Virus record (IMG/VR): IMGVR_UViG_2563366824_000006
Length of the DNA: 37,453 nucleotides
Reading direction: 5' to 3' (one strand)
DNA from: a virus
Taxonomy: Duplodnaviria > Heunggongvirae > Uroviricota > Caudoviricetes > Peduoviridae
Below the pieces are notes generated by a model. That model was not told the DNA's origin, ran no database searches, and saw only the letters and a program-made list of their open reading frames with translations. Of the stretch, positions 9,803 to 18,520 are shown piece by piece; positions within the stretch are counted from its first letter, which is position 1, and every line of letters starts with the position of its first letter. The translations under genes and the position numbers were made by a program.

Positions 9803-9922
9803 ATAGCGGTCTATGTGAAACACGGGGAGTAGGTTAGTTTTAGCGTTAAACACAATAAGAGCACGATGAAGTATCAAAAAGGAAGCATTGCATAGATAAT
9901 TTAGGCAAAAACAGAGCTTAAA

Positions 9923-10774
9923 TTACATATCATTCGCTATCAATTCGGTTGAGAGAACCCTTGGAATCAAGCTACTTTTTGAACCATACTTTATATGCAG
10001 AAAGTCCATCATCTTTTCAACATCACTTTCATGCTCTACAATGACATATTTAATATCCTTATGTGAAAAGGGTAACCTGTCATCATCATAATATTCGTTA
10101 TATTTTCTCTTGCCATCTTGAGTTGATATATTTTTCGAAGCAGCGATCACTGGTTTTCCAATTGATTTTTCTATATCTGGAACAAATCGCCACTCCCTCT
10201 CATCTGCAAAAATATAGTTAGGTTTCTCCTGACCATTGCGTCGTTTCAAAGTTGCCTGGTAATTTTTCATATATCGCAAAGGATCTACAATTTTCTTGTA
10301 ACTAAGAATCGCCGAGTCATATTTCCGCTTTGCATTAGTTAATTGAGATGTTGTTCCTGAAGATTTTATTTCGTCCAAATGCTTTAATAACTTATTAACT
10401 TCTGCTTTTAAACGCCTAATCTCTAGATTATAATTATCAAAAACAGAAGAGTGCTTGGACATGTAAATTACTGGATTAAGTCCATTTTCGTTTGCCCAAT
10501 CTTTTGATAATCCTATGCCATAATGGCCATAACTTTCAGTATGCTGGGTAAGCTGTGTTAGCCTGATATCACAAAATGAAACCATCGGTATACCGAAATT
10601 TCTATTCGTGCTCTGGCCTTGTATAAACTCTCTAGCGAAAGAAATTCGAAAATAACTTGAGTCAAGTATCTCAAATAAGGTATCTAACTTTTCAGTAAAA
10701 TGAAACAAGGTCGTTGGGTATAAGCTACGCGACATAATGATCATCCATAATATGATGTATAAACTAAGTATCAT
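9923..10774 (-). CDS. Cargo gene at the Z/fun position: putative abortive-infection (Abi-like, possibly AbiGi-family) protein
   Basis: 283-aa ORF, AT-rich. N-terminal LFHFTEKLDTLFEIL ... GIPMVSFCDI ... YGHYGIGLSKDWANENGLNPVIY resembles Abi-family proteins as I remember them; family assignment unverified. True start may be an internal Met (ATG at 10744-10742 or 10735-10733), since the first 13 codons encode an odd hydrophobic peptide and lack a Shine-Dalgarno sequence. Confidence 0.5.
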   Translation of the reverse strand: MILSLYIILWMIIMSRSLYPTTLFHFTEKLDTLFEILDSSYFRISFAREFIQGQSTNRNFGIPMVSFCDIRLTQLTQHTESYGHYGIGLSKDWANENGLNPVIYMSKHSSVFDNYNLEIRRLKAEVNKLLKHLDEIKSSGTTSQLTNAKRKYDSAILSYKKIVDPLRYMKNYQATLKRRNGQEKPNYIFADEREWRFVPDIEKSIGKPVIAASKNISTQDGKRKYNEYYDDDRLPFSHKDIKYVIVEHESDVEKMMDFLHIKYGSKSSLIPRVLSTELIANDM

Positions 10775-10858
10775 AAATCAAGGTTATCAGTACTTACCAT
10801 ACATCAGCAAGCGGAATTAGCGATAGCGGCCTGCTCCTCATTAATCAACACTAAGAGC

Positions 10859-10900
10859 TGTTAGCTACTTCCGCTCCTGGCACAGAGCGGACTGTCAGAT
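10859..10900. repeat. Hairpin-containing repeat, copy 2 (degenerate copy of 9761..9802)
   Basis: Core tccgctc / gagcgga stem (10870-10876 / 10885-10891); an alternative 9-bp stem ggcacagag / ctctgtgcc (10879-10887 / 10910-10918). Confidence 0.55.
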
Positions 10901-10953
10901 TAGGCTTTACTCTGTGCCATAGATATGTAAGCTCACACCAGAGTTCATACAAC

Positions 10954-11481
10954 TTATTGCGGCATTTCCGGCCATTCAGGATTTGCAGGATCCACACGGC
11001 TGACCAGAACACTGTAGCGTTCCCATGCTTCCAGTCGGCTACGCTCCTCATCTGTTGCCATGTTCAGCCTGACAGCGCGCTCCAGTGGCAAAATCACGGA
11101 TTCAGCATCTGCAAGAAGTCTGGCTTTCCGGTTTTCTGCCTGCTGCTGCAATTCCTCTGCCGTATAAATGCGTTTAATCACTGTACCGTCCTTAAACATC
11201 CAGTTCCCTGAAATGTCCGCCCGTCGGTTAGCAGTAATATCCGCCACTTCAACAACACTTAATCCATCCGGTCTGATAGCTGTCACATCCTTTTCCACAT
11301 AGCGGATGATATTATCTTTGTCGTACGCTATTTTTAGCGTGTCATCAGCAAAATACTTTTGTTCTTCGTACCAGTTCTTACCATCTTCTGAAAAAAACCA
11401 GACAACATCAAAGTCTTTTGTCAATTGATATTGTTCAACCGTTTTTGGATTACCCGCCGTAATATTTTTTAAATGCTGCAT
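10954..11481 (-). CDS. G: Tail fibre assembly protein G
   Basis: 175-aa ORF directly downstream of H; size and sequence consistent with P2 gpG. Confidence 0.85.
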   Translation of the reverse strand: MQHLKNITAGNPKTVEQYQLTKDFDVVWFFSEDGKNWYEEQKYFADDTLKIAYDKDNIIRYVEKDVTAIRPDGLSVVEVADITANRRADISGNWMFKDGTVIKRIYTAEELQQQAENRKARLLADAESVILPLERAVRLNMATDEERSRLEAWERYSVLVSRVDPANPEWPEMPQ

Positions 11482-11484
11482 AAA

Positions 11485-14244
11485 TTATACCTGCGCCACG
11501 TTATACCATGTCCCGTTAATGTATTTCTGAACCGGTCTGTAATATACACCACCAATGTTATCGGCAGAGTTTGAGCCGGTATCCTGAACAATAATGCCGG
11601 AATATACACACCCGGACGGTGCCTGATGTGTCCATGTCATGCCATTGTTCGCAGGTTTGTATGTGGCAGCACCACCAAGCCGGATATCCCGGACATAGCG
11701 GGAATCAAAGTTACCGTAATCCGAGGGATTAACACGCCCCGTAATATTTATGGTTTTATTACTTTGAATACTTCCCGAGACAAAGCGCATAACATGGACG
11801 CTATTAGCATAAACATCCAGATTACCATCACCATTTTGTTTAAAGCCCGTGTCATTATCACCCAAAACAATCGAATTACCGCCAAGAGCACTGGATGTTC
11901 CTATACCCAGAGCACCATTCAATTGACCACCAGATAACGGCAGTGCACCGACATCTCCCGCTGTAGGTTTTCGCGTTGTGGTATAAAACTCAGACCAGTC
12001 AGCCTCGAATCCGTAACCGTCACGAGCAGAACGATAAAAAATACCGCCGTTCTTATAATTAACGCGGAACTGGGCGGCGGGACAACTTCCTTCACCGATA
12101 TTAAAATGAAGAATTAACGTTGATGCCCCACCAGTAGTTGCGTTATAGGCTCCGCTACTCCAGTTCCACCCAACGGCTTTATCATTCGCAACGGTGTCTC
12201 CTGTTTTTCCTGAGGCAAATGCACCAATATTTTTCGGCGTCAGGTTAATATCTGATGTTCCATCAAACGAAACGTTATTAATTTTACGGGCTGTTTTCAG
12301 CTTTGTTGCTGTCGCCGCATTGCCGGACAGTTCACCAGAAAGGCCAGCACTGAATGTCTGTTTCGCGCCCCATGTCTGGGCTTCGTCAATGATTGGTACT
12401 CGTCTTGCTGTGATCGTGCGGCTTCCCGGATTTCCTGAAATACGCACCATAAAAAATCGGTAGTTCGCTTTACTTACAGTGCTGCGCCATACATGCATTG
12501 AGCGCCCCGTACCGGAATCATCACTCGGACCAACTGCGATGTTTATCAGGTTGCCATCAATGACGCCCCAGTCCATACCGTCGGGAATATTGGTCATATT
12601 ATCCAGCCTAACGGTTATCAGACTGCCCGGCACAAAATCGTAGGTCTGCCAGTCCAGGCTGGTGAGCTTTGCCACAGCACCGCCGATACCCAGATTCAGG
12701 GGAAGTGAATACGAGGTGTAGACTTCCCGCCATTCGCTCCATGAGCTGCCGGTAAAGACGCGCTCAAAGGTGCGGCCTTTAAGGGTTGTACCTGTTCCGG
12801 CAGTTGTATAACGCTGCCATACATTAACACCATCAAACCGCCTCAACACTTCCAGAATGCCGAGTACAGTCACGCCGTTTCCGTCCAGTACTGGACCGTT
12901 GGTCGCTTTACCTGTAACGCTGTAAATACCTGGTGAGGTTACATCATTCAAATCACCTTCGTAATAACGACTCTCTGACTGATGACCGACTCTTAACCAC
13001 GGTTCCCACTGCGGATTTGATGCATCCCAGCTTGCCGTAAGGCAGCGGACATACATATTTCCACGGCGAGTGGTATAACGTTGCGTTCTTCCATAATTTC
13101 CGCCTTCGAGGATCTCAAGCATCCCCTGAGCAAAGCCGCCTTCCTCTGGATAATTGCGTTCATATGAAGCTATAGCCGAGCTACTGTTACGCCATAAACC
13201 AAGATGTTCGGCGGCTCCAAGCGTATTCAGGTCTATAGTCGTACTCAAAGGGCGGGTAGCTGATTGAGTGTGACGCCATATGCCCCACGGACCATCAGAG
13301 CCATTCCACTTATTGGCGAGTCTGCGTATGTATACATTGCCGTCTCTCGTGGTGAAGCGTTGCGTACCTGCAAAATTGCCGGCAGCAAAAACCTCAAGCA
13401 CACCGACAGCATTATCTTCCGGGAAATTTTTCTCCAGTGTTGCGTTAGTTGAGGTAGCTTTAGACCAGATCCCCAGATAAGCCTTAACGGGACCAAATGT
13501 ATTCAGATCAGCATCAAGCGGCATTTCGCCATTGTTTTTCATAAACGTCAGGCTGGTAACGCCAACATTGTCCAGAAAAGCGTCCTTATCTGGAATATCG
13601 CCACCGTTCTGGTCTTTCTGCAGACGTTTCTCAGCATTGTCATAGGCTGCTTTTACTGCCTTTGGCGTTGCAGCCTGCTTTTCACTGGTGCTGTTTGTTG
13701 CACTGCTTAACTGAGTAAAACCTTTTTCTGTCAGCGTGGCGTCAGGATGGCGGCGGGACTGCTCATGCTCTGCGATTTTGTCATCGACGTAATCCTGCGT
13801 CGCCATCACTGTGCTGGCATCAATACTCAGCTCAACGGACGCCACGTTGCTGAGAATAATAACCATGCGGCAGGTCTGCGCACGTCCGGAGCCTTCAGCC
13901 AGTTCTGGCTTATAGCTTTCTGCCATGTTGGATACCGCAATCAGTGTTCCGGCATCGTCATACAGACCAAGCTCACGCATCCAGAAGCCGCCCACTTCTG
14001 GCGGAACAACCAGTTCAGCCACGATATAGTTTTTATTCTTGTTATCCACACTGACTTTATTCAGGGCATGACGCCAGACTTCATGCACCAGTTTCGTCTG
14101 ACCGGCATCCGGCACCGGCAATTGGCCATTACCGTCACCCACAGCCATTGCAGACAGGTTTACTTTTTTCCCGCCGGGAACAGTGGCGGCTGCCAGCTTC
14201 GCGGCTCCGGCAGTAGTGATAACGGTTTTAAATTTCGTGCTCAT
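11485..14244 (-). CDS. H: Tail fibre protein H (mosaic; longer than P2 gpH)
   Basis: 919-aa ORF; N-terminal about 240 aa and the C-terminal end (...NALGGNSIVLGDNDTGFKQNGDG... ...QKYINGTWYNVAQV) resemble P2 gpH from memory; the middle contains three tandem repeats of about 90 aa. Confidence 0.88.
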   Translation of the reverse strand: MSTKFKTVITTAGAAKLAAATVPGGKKVNLSAMAVGDGNGQLPVPDAGQTKLVHEVWRHALNKVSVDNKNKNYIVAELVVPPEVGGFWMRELGLYDDAGTLIAVSNMAESYKPELAEGSGRAQTCRMVIILSNVASVELSIDASTVMATQDYVDDKIAEHEQSRRHPDATLTEKGFTQLSSATNSTSEKQAATPKAVKAAYDNAEKRLQKDQNGGDIPDKDAFLDNVGVTSLTFMKNNGEMPLDADLNTFGPVKAYLGIWSKATSTNATLEKNFPEDNAVGVLEVFAAGNFAGTQRFTTRDGNVYIRRLANKWNGSDGPWGIWRHTQSATRPLSTTIDLNTLGAAEHLGLWRNSSSAIASYERNYPEEGGFAQGMLEILEGGNYGRTQRYTTRRGNMYVRCLTASWDASNPQWEPWLRVGHQSESRYYEGDLNDVTSPGIYSVTGKATNGPVLDGNGVTVLGILEVLRRFDGVNVWQRYTTAGTGTTLKGRTFERVFTGSSWSEWREVYTSYSLPLNLGIGGAVAKLTSLDWQTYDFVPGSLITVRLDNMTNIPDGMDWGVIDGNLINIAVGPSDDSGTGRSMHVWRSTVSKANYRFFMVRISGNPGSRTITARRVPIIDEAQTWGAKQTFSAGLSGELSGNAATATKLKTARKINNVSFDGTSDINLTPKNIGAFASGKTGDTVANDKAVGWNWSSGAYNATTGGASTLILHFNIGEGSCPAAQFRVNYKNGGIFYRSARDGYGFEADWSEFYTTTRKPTAGDVGALPLSGGQLNGALGIGTSSALGGNSIVLGDNDTGFKQNGDGNLDVYANSVHVMRFVSGSIQSNKTINITGRVNPSDYGNFDSRYVRDIRLGGAATYKPANNGMTWTHQAPSGCVYSGIIVQDTGSNSADNIGGVYYRPVQKYINGTWYNVAQV
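12706..13515 (-). repeat. Three tandem protein-level repeats of about 90 aa inside tail fibre H
   Basis: Repeat units begin DLNTFGPV..., DLNTLGAA..., DLNDVTSP... and each carries a G-x-x-Q-R-(F/Y)-T-T motif followed by W-x-x-W; coordinates derived from residue positions about 244-513. Confidence 0.6.
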
Positions 14245-14254
14245 TGTTTCTCAC

Positions 14255-14782
14255 TTATCCGGGATAAACAGTAATAACATCACCATCACAGACCACACCG
14301 CCTGTATACAGACAGCCGGGAATGTCCTGGATAATGTTCAGACCGATAAGGTGGCGACTTGCGGGTTTGGCATCGGCAATAAGCCGTTCCATTTCCAGAT
14401 ACATCTCCTCCGTGATGCCGCTTTCCAGTACGCCGATATCAAGGCGGAAGGTTCCGGGCGGGTCGTTTGTCTCCCACCATTCCTTTACGTTAATGAGATA
14501 GCCGAGCGGCTCCACCACACGCCGGATTGCGCCGATAGTGCCTTTATGACAGTGGATGAAATAGGCATCGCGGATAACGGCGCGTTTTGTCGCTTCCGGC
14601 CACTTTTCATCCCACCTGTCGACCGAAAACGCCCACGCCAGCCACGGCAGCAGATTTGCCGGACAGGTGTCCGGGTTCCACAGTTCACGAATACTGACCG
14701 GCGTTTTTTCAATTTCCGCACAGGCTTTTGCGGCAGCAATTTCAAGCGGTGATGAGCCGGTCGGCAGCAGGCGCTCACTCAT
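14255..14782 (-). CDS. I: Baseplate assembly protein I
   Basis: 175-aa ORF; P2 order (J, I, H). Confidence 0.85.
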   Translation of the reverse strand: MSERLLPTGSSPLEIAAAKACAEIEKTPVSIRELWNPDTCPANLLPWLAWAFSVDRWDEKWPEATKRAVIRDAYFIHCHKGTIGAIRRVVEPLGYLINVKEWWETNDPPGTFRLDIGVLESGITEEMYLEMERLIADAKPASRHLIGLNIIQDIPGCLYTGGVVCDGDVITVYPG

Positions 14783-15683
14783 CCGAGCCTCCGGTCACGA
14801 CGCGGTATTCGGTACAGAAAGACGCCTGCGTACTGTTGAGCACAATGTCGGCCAGCGGTGCAGCCAGTTCGACACGCTGCACGCCTTCCACATGCAAAGC
14901 GGCATAAATGGCAGACAGACGGATGTCGCGCCCCAGCCGGTGCTGTGCCGTGATGTACGCTTCCAGTTTTTTCACGGCGGCAGCGCGGATGGGTTCGCTT
15001 TCGGGACCAGGGTAAAGGTAAAGCGTGGCGTTTATCTGGTATTCAACGATGGCGGCAGACTGTACGGTCACGCGGTCGGCCACCGGTCTGACGTCCTCGC
15101 CATTCAGGGCGTTACGCACCACGGCCAGCAGGTCTTCGGATGCGACACCGTTATTTTCACGTGACAGCACGGAGATAGTGACGCAGGCCGGAGACGGACT
15201 GGTGACAGAGATATCCGCAACACGCCCGTCAGCACTGCGTCCATGATACTGATAGGCACCCACCGACCCGGCGACGCTTAAACCTTCAAACGCCTGCTGA
15301 ATACGCAGACGATAATCTGTGTCAGATTCCATCACTGCCGGTGTCGGCGGAATGGTCGAATCATCTGCCGGGGTGATAGTCAGGCGCGTGGTGTTGTAAT
15401 TGGCACCAATCACATCAAGGTCATTACCGGCGGCACAGGCCAGCATTACCGCCCGTGCAGCCTCATTCACACGCTGACGCCAGATAAGCTCACGATAAGC
15501 ATTTTCCTCCAGCAGTTTGACGAGAGGCTCAGATTCCAGCGTCAGGGTACGGGCGACCGCCTCCTGCTGGTCTTCCGGGTAAAGGGAAATCAGTGTCGCC
15601 TTGCGTTCGGCGAGAATGGTTTCAAAGTCCAGCTCCTCAACCACATCCGGTGCGGGTAGCTGGTTCAGGTCGATAATCGGCAT
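14775..15683 (-). CDS. J: Baseplate assembly protein J
   Basis: 302-aa ORF; position and size match P2 gpJ. Confidence 0.88.
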   Translation of the reverse strand: MPIIDLNQLPAPDVVEELDFETILAERKATLISLYPEDQQEAVARTLTLESEPLVKLLEENAYRELIWRQRVNEAARAVMLACAAGNDLDVIGANYNTTRLTITPADDSTIPPTPAVMESDTDYRLRIQQAFEGLSVAGSVGAYQYHGRSADGRVADISVTSPSPACVTISVLSRENNGVASEDLLAVVRNALNGEDVRPVADRVTVQSAAIVEYQINATLYLYPGPESEPIRAAAVKKLEAYITAQHRLGRDIRLSAIYAALHVEGVQRVELAAPLADIVLNSTQASFCTEYRVVTGGSDE

Positions 15684-15687
15684 GGTT

Positions 15688-16035
15688 TCAACTCACAGGG
15701 ATGGTTAACGAAAGTGGCTGGCCGGTGTCGTTATGCTGGCCGGTTAACGTAACTGTCATTCGACCGTCAAAGCTGCGCGCCGTGGTGACGGATGACAGGG
15801 TGACGCGGGGTTCCCATTTCAGCACCGCCATGTAACAGGCGACCTTAATCTGCAACTCAAGCGCCGGAGTCTGCGGCTGGTCAATCATTGACGCCAGCAA
15901 CGAGCCGTAATCACGACGCATCACCCGCGAGCCGACCGGTGTGCGCAGGATATCGCCGATACTCTGGCTGATATGCTCAAGGTCAGTGACAGTCAGGCCA
16001 TCACTGCGATTCATTCCGAGATAACGCGCAGTCAT
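15688..16035 (-). CDS. W: Baseplate protein W (gp25/GPW family)
   Basis: 115-aa ORF; position and size match P2 gpW. Confidence 0.85.
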   Translation of the reverse strand: MTARYLGMNRSDGLTVTDLEHISQSIGDILRTPVGSRVMRRDYGSLLASMIDQPQTPALELQIKVACYMAVLKWEPRVTLSSVTTARSFDGRMTVTLTGQHNDTGQPLSLTIPVS

Positions 16036-16667
16036 AGAGGTCCCCCGGTTGTGCCGCCGCTGTCGCCGGGGTGTTTATGGGTATGCAGTACCTTACCGTT
16101 TGATGAGAGTTCACCGCCGGTGTGTTCAATGTTGCCGCGCATCGTCCCGCCCTTCTGCACTTCCAGCGTGCCGGTAGTCAGCTTGTTGGTGCAGACCACC
16201 TCCGGTGTGTCCAGGGTGATGCGAGTTGACGCTTTCACCATGACCACCGGCACCGTGGCGGTAACAGAATCAGAAGCCGTCACGCTGGCCGTTTTAATTC
16301 CGCTTGCCGTGAGCGCACTGGTTTCGGGTTCATACTCAATCACCGCCCCGTCAGGGAAACGGATGTACAGGGCATCCGCCGACGCAGACGGCGCGGGGTT
16401 ATCACCGGAATAAATCCCCGGCAGAACAAACGCCGTGTCGAGTTCGCCGCCCACGGACAGAATCAGCACCTGCTCCCCCACCGAAGGTGCCCACCATGTG
16501 CGTGAACGTCCGGCACGATGGGTCAGCCACTGAAGCCAGTCAGTGCACATGCCGCCGGTCTGCACACGGCAGCGACCGGCTTTAAGGTTGGTTTCGACGA
16601 CAAGGCCAGTACGAATCATGTTGCGCAGTGCGCGCGCGAGTTCCTGAATATTTGCGAGAGTGTTCAT
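16032..16667 (-). CDS. V: Baseplate spike protein V
   Basis: 211-aa product from the Met of MNTLANIQELARALRNMIR... (ATG confirmed at 16667..16665); matches P2 gpV from memory. The ORF-track start at 16685 is not an ATG. Confidence 0.85.
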   Translation of the reverse strand: MNTLANIQELARALRNMIRTGLVVETNLKAGRCRVQTGGMCTDWLQWLTHRAGRSRTWWAPSVGEQVLILSVGGELDTAFVLPGIYSGDNPAPSASADALYIRFPDGAVIEYEPETSALTASGIKTASVTASDSVTATVPVVMVKASTRITLDTPEVVCTNKLTTGTLEVQKGGTMRGNIEHTGGELSSNGKVLHTHKHPGDSGGTTGGPL

Positions 16668-16750
16668 GCATGTGAGATTGCACAATATATAAAAGTTATG
16701 CTATCTGGATTCATTTGTAGAACCACCAGACAACATTCAAGGAGAGCGTA
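16668..16750. promoter_or_regulatory. Divergent promoter region: probable late promoter P_V (minus) and the promoter of the opposite-strand cargo gene (plus)
   Basis: 83-bp AT-rich spacer between two divergent start codons; no perfect TGT-N12-ACA Ogr dyad found (best candidates have N11 or N14 spacing). Confidence 0.35.
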
Positions 16751-17536
16751 ATGGTCAGCTATAATGTGACTAATGTGTGGGAGCTAATCGTCTTGTATCT
16801 TTTGGTCTTTGTAGTATTAGCATTTTTTAGCTTTGGTAAAAGTAACCTTATGAGGCTTATTGCACATTATTTCAAATTTGGATATTCAGATAAAAAATTA
16901 AAAAGACTGGACCGCGAGTGGCGCGACATTCAACTATTTAAAATAATTAACGGAATCAATGTATCAGGCATCAAAGATGTGAAAATGATACAGCAGGGGT
17001 TGATTGATGGAAAACTAAAAACATCGGATTTTTTCCTTACTCGCTTCTGGGGAGACATAACAGAACCGCCATGCATCACAAAAACAATGAGTGCAGTCCT
17101 GGCCGGAATTCTTTATATTACCTTCGCATGTTGCATACACAACGAGCAATCTGCCATAGTAGAGGATGCCATAGCCATACCATATAAAAATATGATGTAC
17201 CATGTTTATAATGACAAGGTTCTTTTGTTCTCCGACAATAAAACAGATAAGTTCTATAAAGCTTTTAGCATTGCCGATTGCAAGAGACTGCAGAACACTT
17301 TTGTAACAGACACACTTCCTGCAATCGCCTGCAATAAGCTCTTACAGCTAAACGAGGAGGACTCCAAATGGTTAAGTCAGGAGATTAAAGATAATAACAG
17401 CCACAGAAAAACATTATTAATAATATCCCTCGTCTATTTCACTTCAGGTCTGGTTATACTTCTGTCATATACAAAATTCCTTTACGCCAATAAAAAAGTT
17501 GTAGAATACAAATCATCAAATAAAAACCACTCATAA
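16751..17536 (+). CDS. Cargo gene at the orf30 position: membrane protein of unknown function (three predicted transmembrane helices)
   Basis: 261-aa ORF on the opposite strand to the flanking late genes; AT-rich and Lys/Asn/Ile-rich; hydrophobic segments near residues 10-28, 112-128 and 230-248; GGAG Shine-Dalgarno at 16741-16744. Confidence 0.6.
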   Translation: MVSYNVTNVWELIVLYLLVFVVLAFFSFGKSNLMRLIAHYFKFGYSDKKLKRLDREWRDIQLFKIINGINVSGIKDVKMIQQGLIDGKLKTSDFFLTRFWGDITEPPCITKTMSAVLAGILYITFACCIHNEQSAIVEDAIAIPYKNMMYHVYNDKVLLFSDNKTDKFYKAFSIADCKRLQNTFVTDTLPAIACNKLLQLNEEDSKWLSQEIKDNNSHRKTLLIISLVYFTSGLVILLSYTKFLYANKKVVEYKSSNKNHS

Positions 17537-17541
17537 TCCTC

Positions 17542-17578
17542 TAAACATTGAGCGACCAGCACAGCCGCTCAATGTTTA
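17542..17578. terminator. Strong stem-loop between convergent genes (cargo gene and S); candidate bidirectional terminator
   Basis: Perfect 13-bp stem taaacattgagcg / cgctcaatgttta (17542-17554 / 17566-17578) with 11-nt loop; T-rich tails on both strands. Confidence 0.55.
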
Positions 17579-17607
17579 ATTGCGCATCAGCCTCTGCCTG
17601 GATAAAA

Positions 17608-18060
17608 CTAACGCTCAAGGTGAGCCAGGATAATCTCTTCAATCATCTGTACATCCTCACCGGTGAAGCCGAGCAGAGGGCGCGCCGGATAATCAATTTT
17701 CTTACCGTCTTTCCGGTTTTCTTCCGACAGACCGAACTGATGCACACTGGCGATTTTCGGTGACTTCCCGCCGTAAAACTCCATTGATGCCTGCTCCGGG
17801 CTGGCGCGGATATGCAAAAAACGACTGGTGATAAGTTTCGCAAACATTTTTCGCTTAACACGACCGGTCTTTTTTCTGGCGCTCTGCTGCTGGCGTGGTG
17901 CGTAGGGTGTGCCGTCCGGGGCTTTCTGTGCCATCACCCGGCGCTGCTGACTCTGACGCAGACGTTTTGCCAGTTCGGCGCTCAGTCGCCGACGCCCTGA
18001 CGGTGACAGCGACTCAATCAGTCCGGTCAGCCGGTCTTCAAAACGCTTAAACTCATTCAT
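17608..18060 (-). CDS. S: Tail completion protein S
   Basis: 150-aa ORF; position and size match P2 gpS. Confidence 0.85.
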   Translation of the reverse strand: MNEFKRFEDRLTGLIESLSPSGRRRLSAELAKRLRQSQQRRVMAQKAPDGTPYAPRQQQSARKKTGRVKRKMFAKLITSRFLHIRASPEQASMEFYGGKSPKIASVHQFGLSEENRKDGKKIDYPARPLLGFTGEDVQMIEEIILAHLER

Positions 18061-18520
18061 CCCACTTGCTCACCAGTTCGCCATTGATATACAGCTCCAT
18101 CGGGCGGGTGACCGGCTCCGGCGGCGGGGGTTCCGGGATATTCTTCACATGCAGCGCGCCGTCCACCTCACTGACCAGCGTGCGCTCAGTCAGCATCAGG
18201 CTGATGCTGATATCAAAGCTGCTGTCATTGTTGATGTCTGCATAAAACGTGAAGCCCTTTTTCTGACCTTCGTCGGTGGTCATGATGTCGGGCTGATTTT
18301 CCCGCAGCCACGCCAGCACCGGCACGATGAGCAGGTCAAAATCACCGGTAAAGTCGGTCACAATGACATTGAGCGTGTAACGCTTTTCAAATGACAGCGA
18401 CGTCGCCAGTGTGGAGGCAATACTCCCGTTATCCACGAATATCCGCAGCATCTCGGGACTGGTTTTCAGCACCGTGACGGCATCAGTCAGCGCCCTGCGC
18501 AGGCTGTCGGGTTTGAGCAT
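18053..18520 (-). CDS. R: Tail completion protein R
   Basis: 155-aa ORF; position and size match P2 gpR. Confidence 0.85.
   Translation of the reverse strand: MLKPDSLRRALTDAVTVLKTSPEMLRIFVDNGSIASTLATSLSFEKRYTLNVIVTDFTGDFDLLIVPVLAWLRENQPDIMTTDEGQKKGFTFYADINNDSSFDISISLMLTERTLVSEVDGALHVKNIPEPPPPEPVTRPMELYINGELVSKWDE

Noticed and set aside
17542-17578. Possible relationship between the S-proximal hairpin and the repeats flanking the Abi-like gene (shared gcacag in the loops)
   Set aside because: The stems are different sequences (gagcg/cgctc versus ccgctc/gagcgg), so the loop similarity is most likely coincidental.
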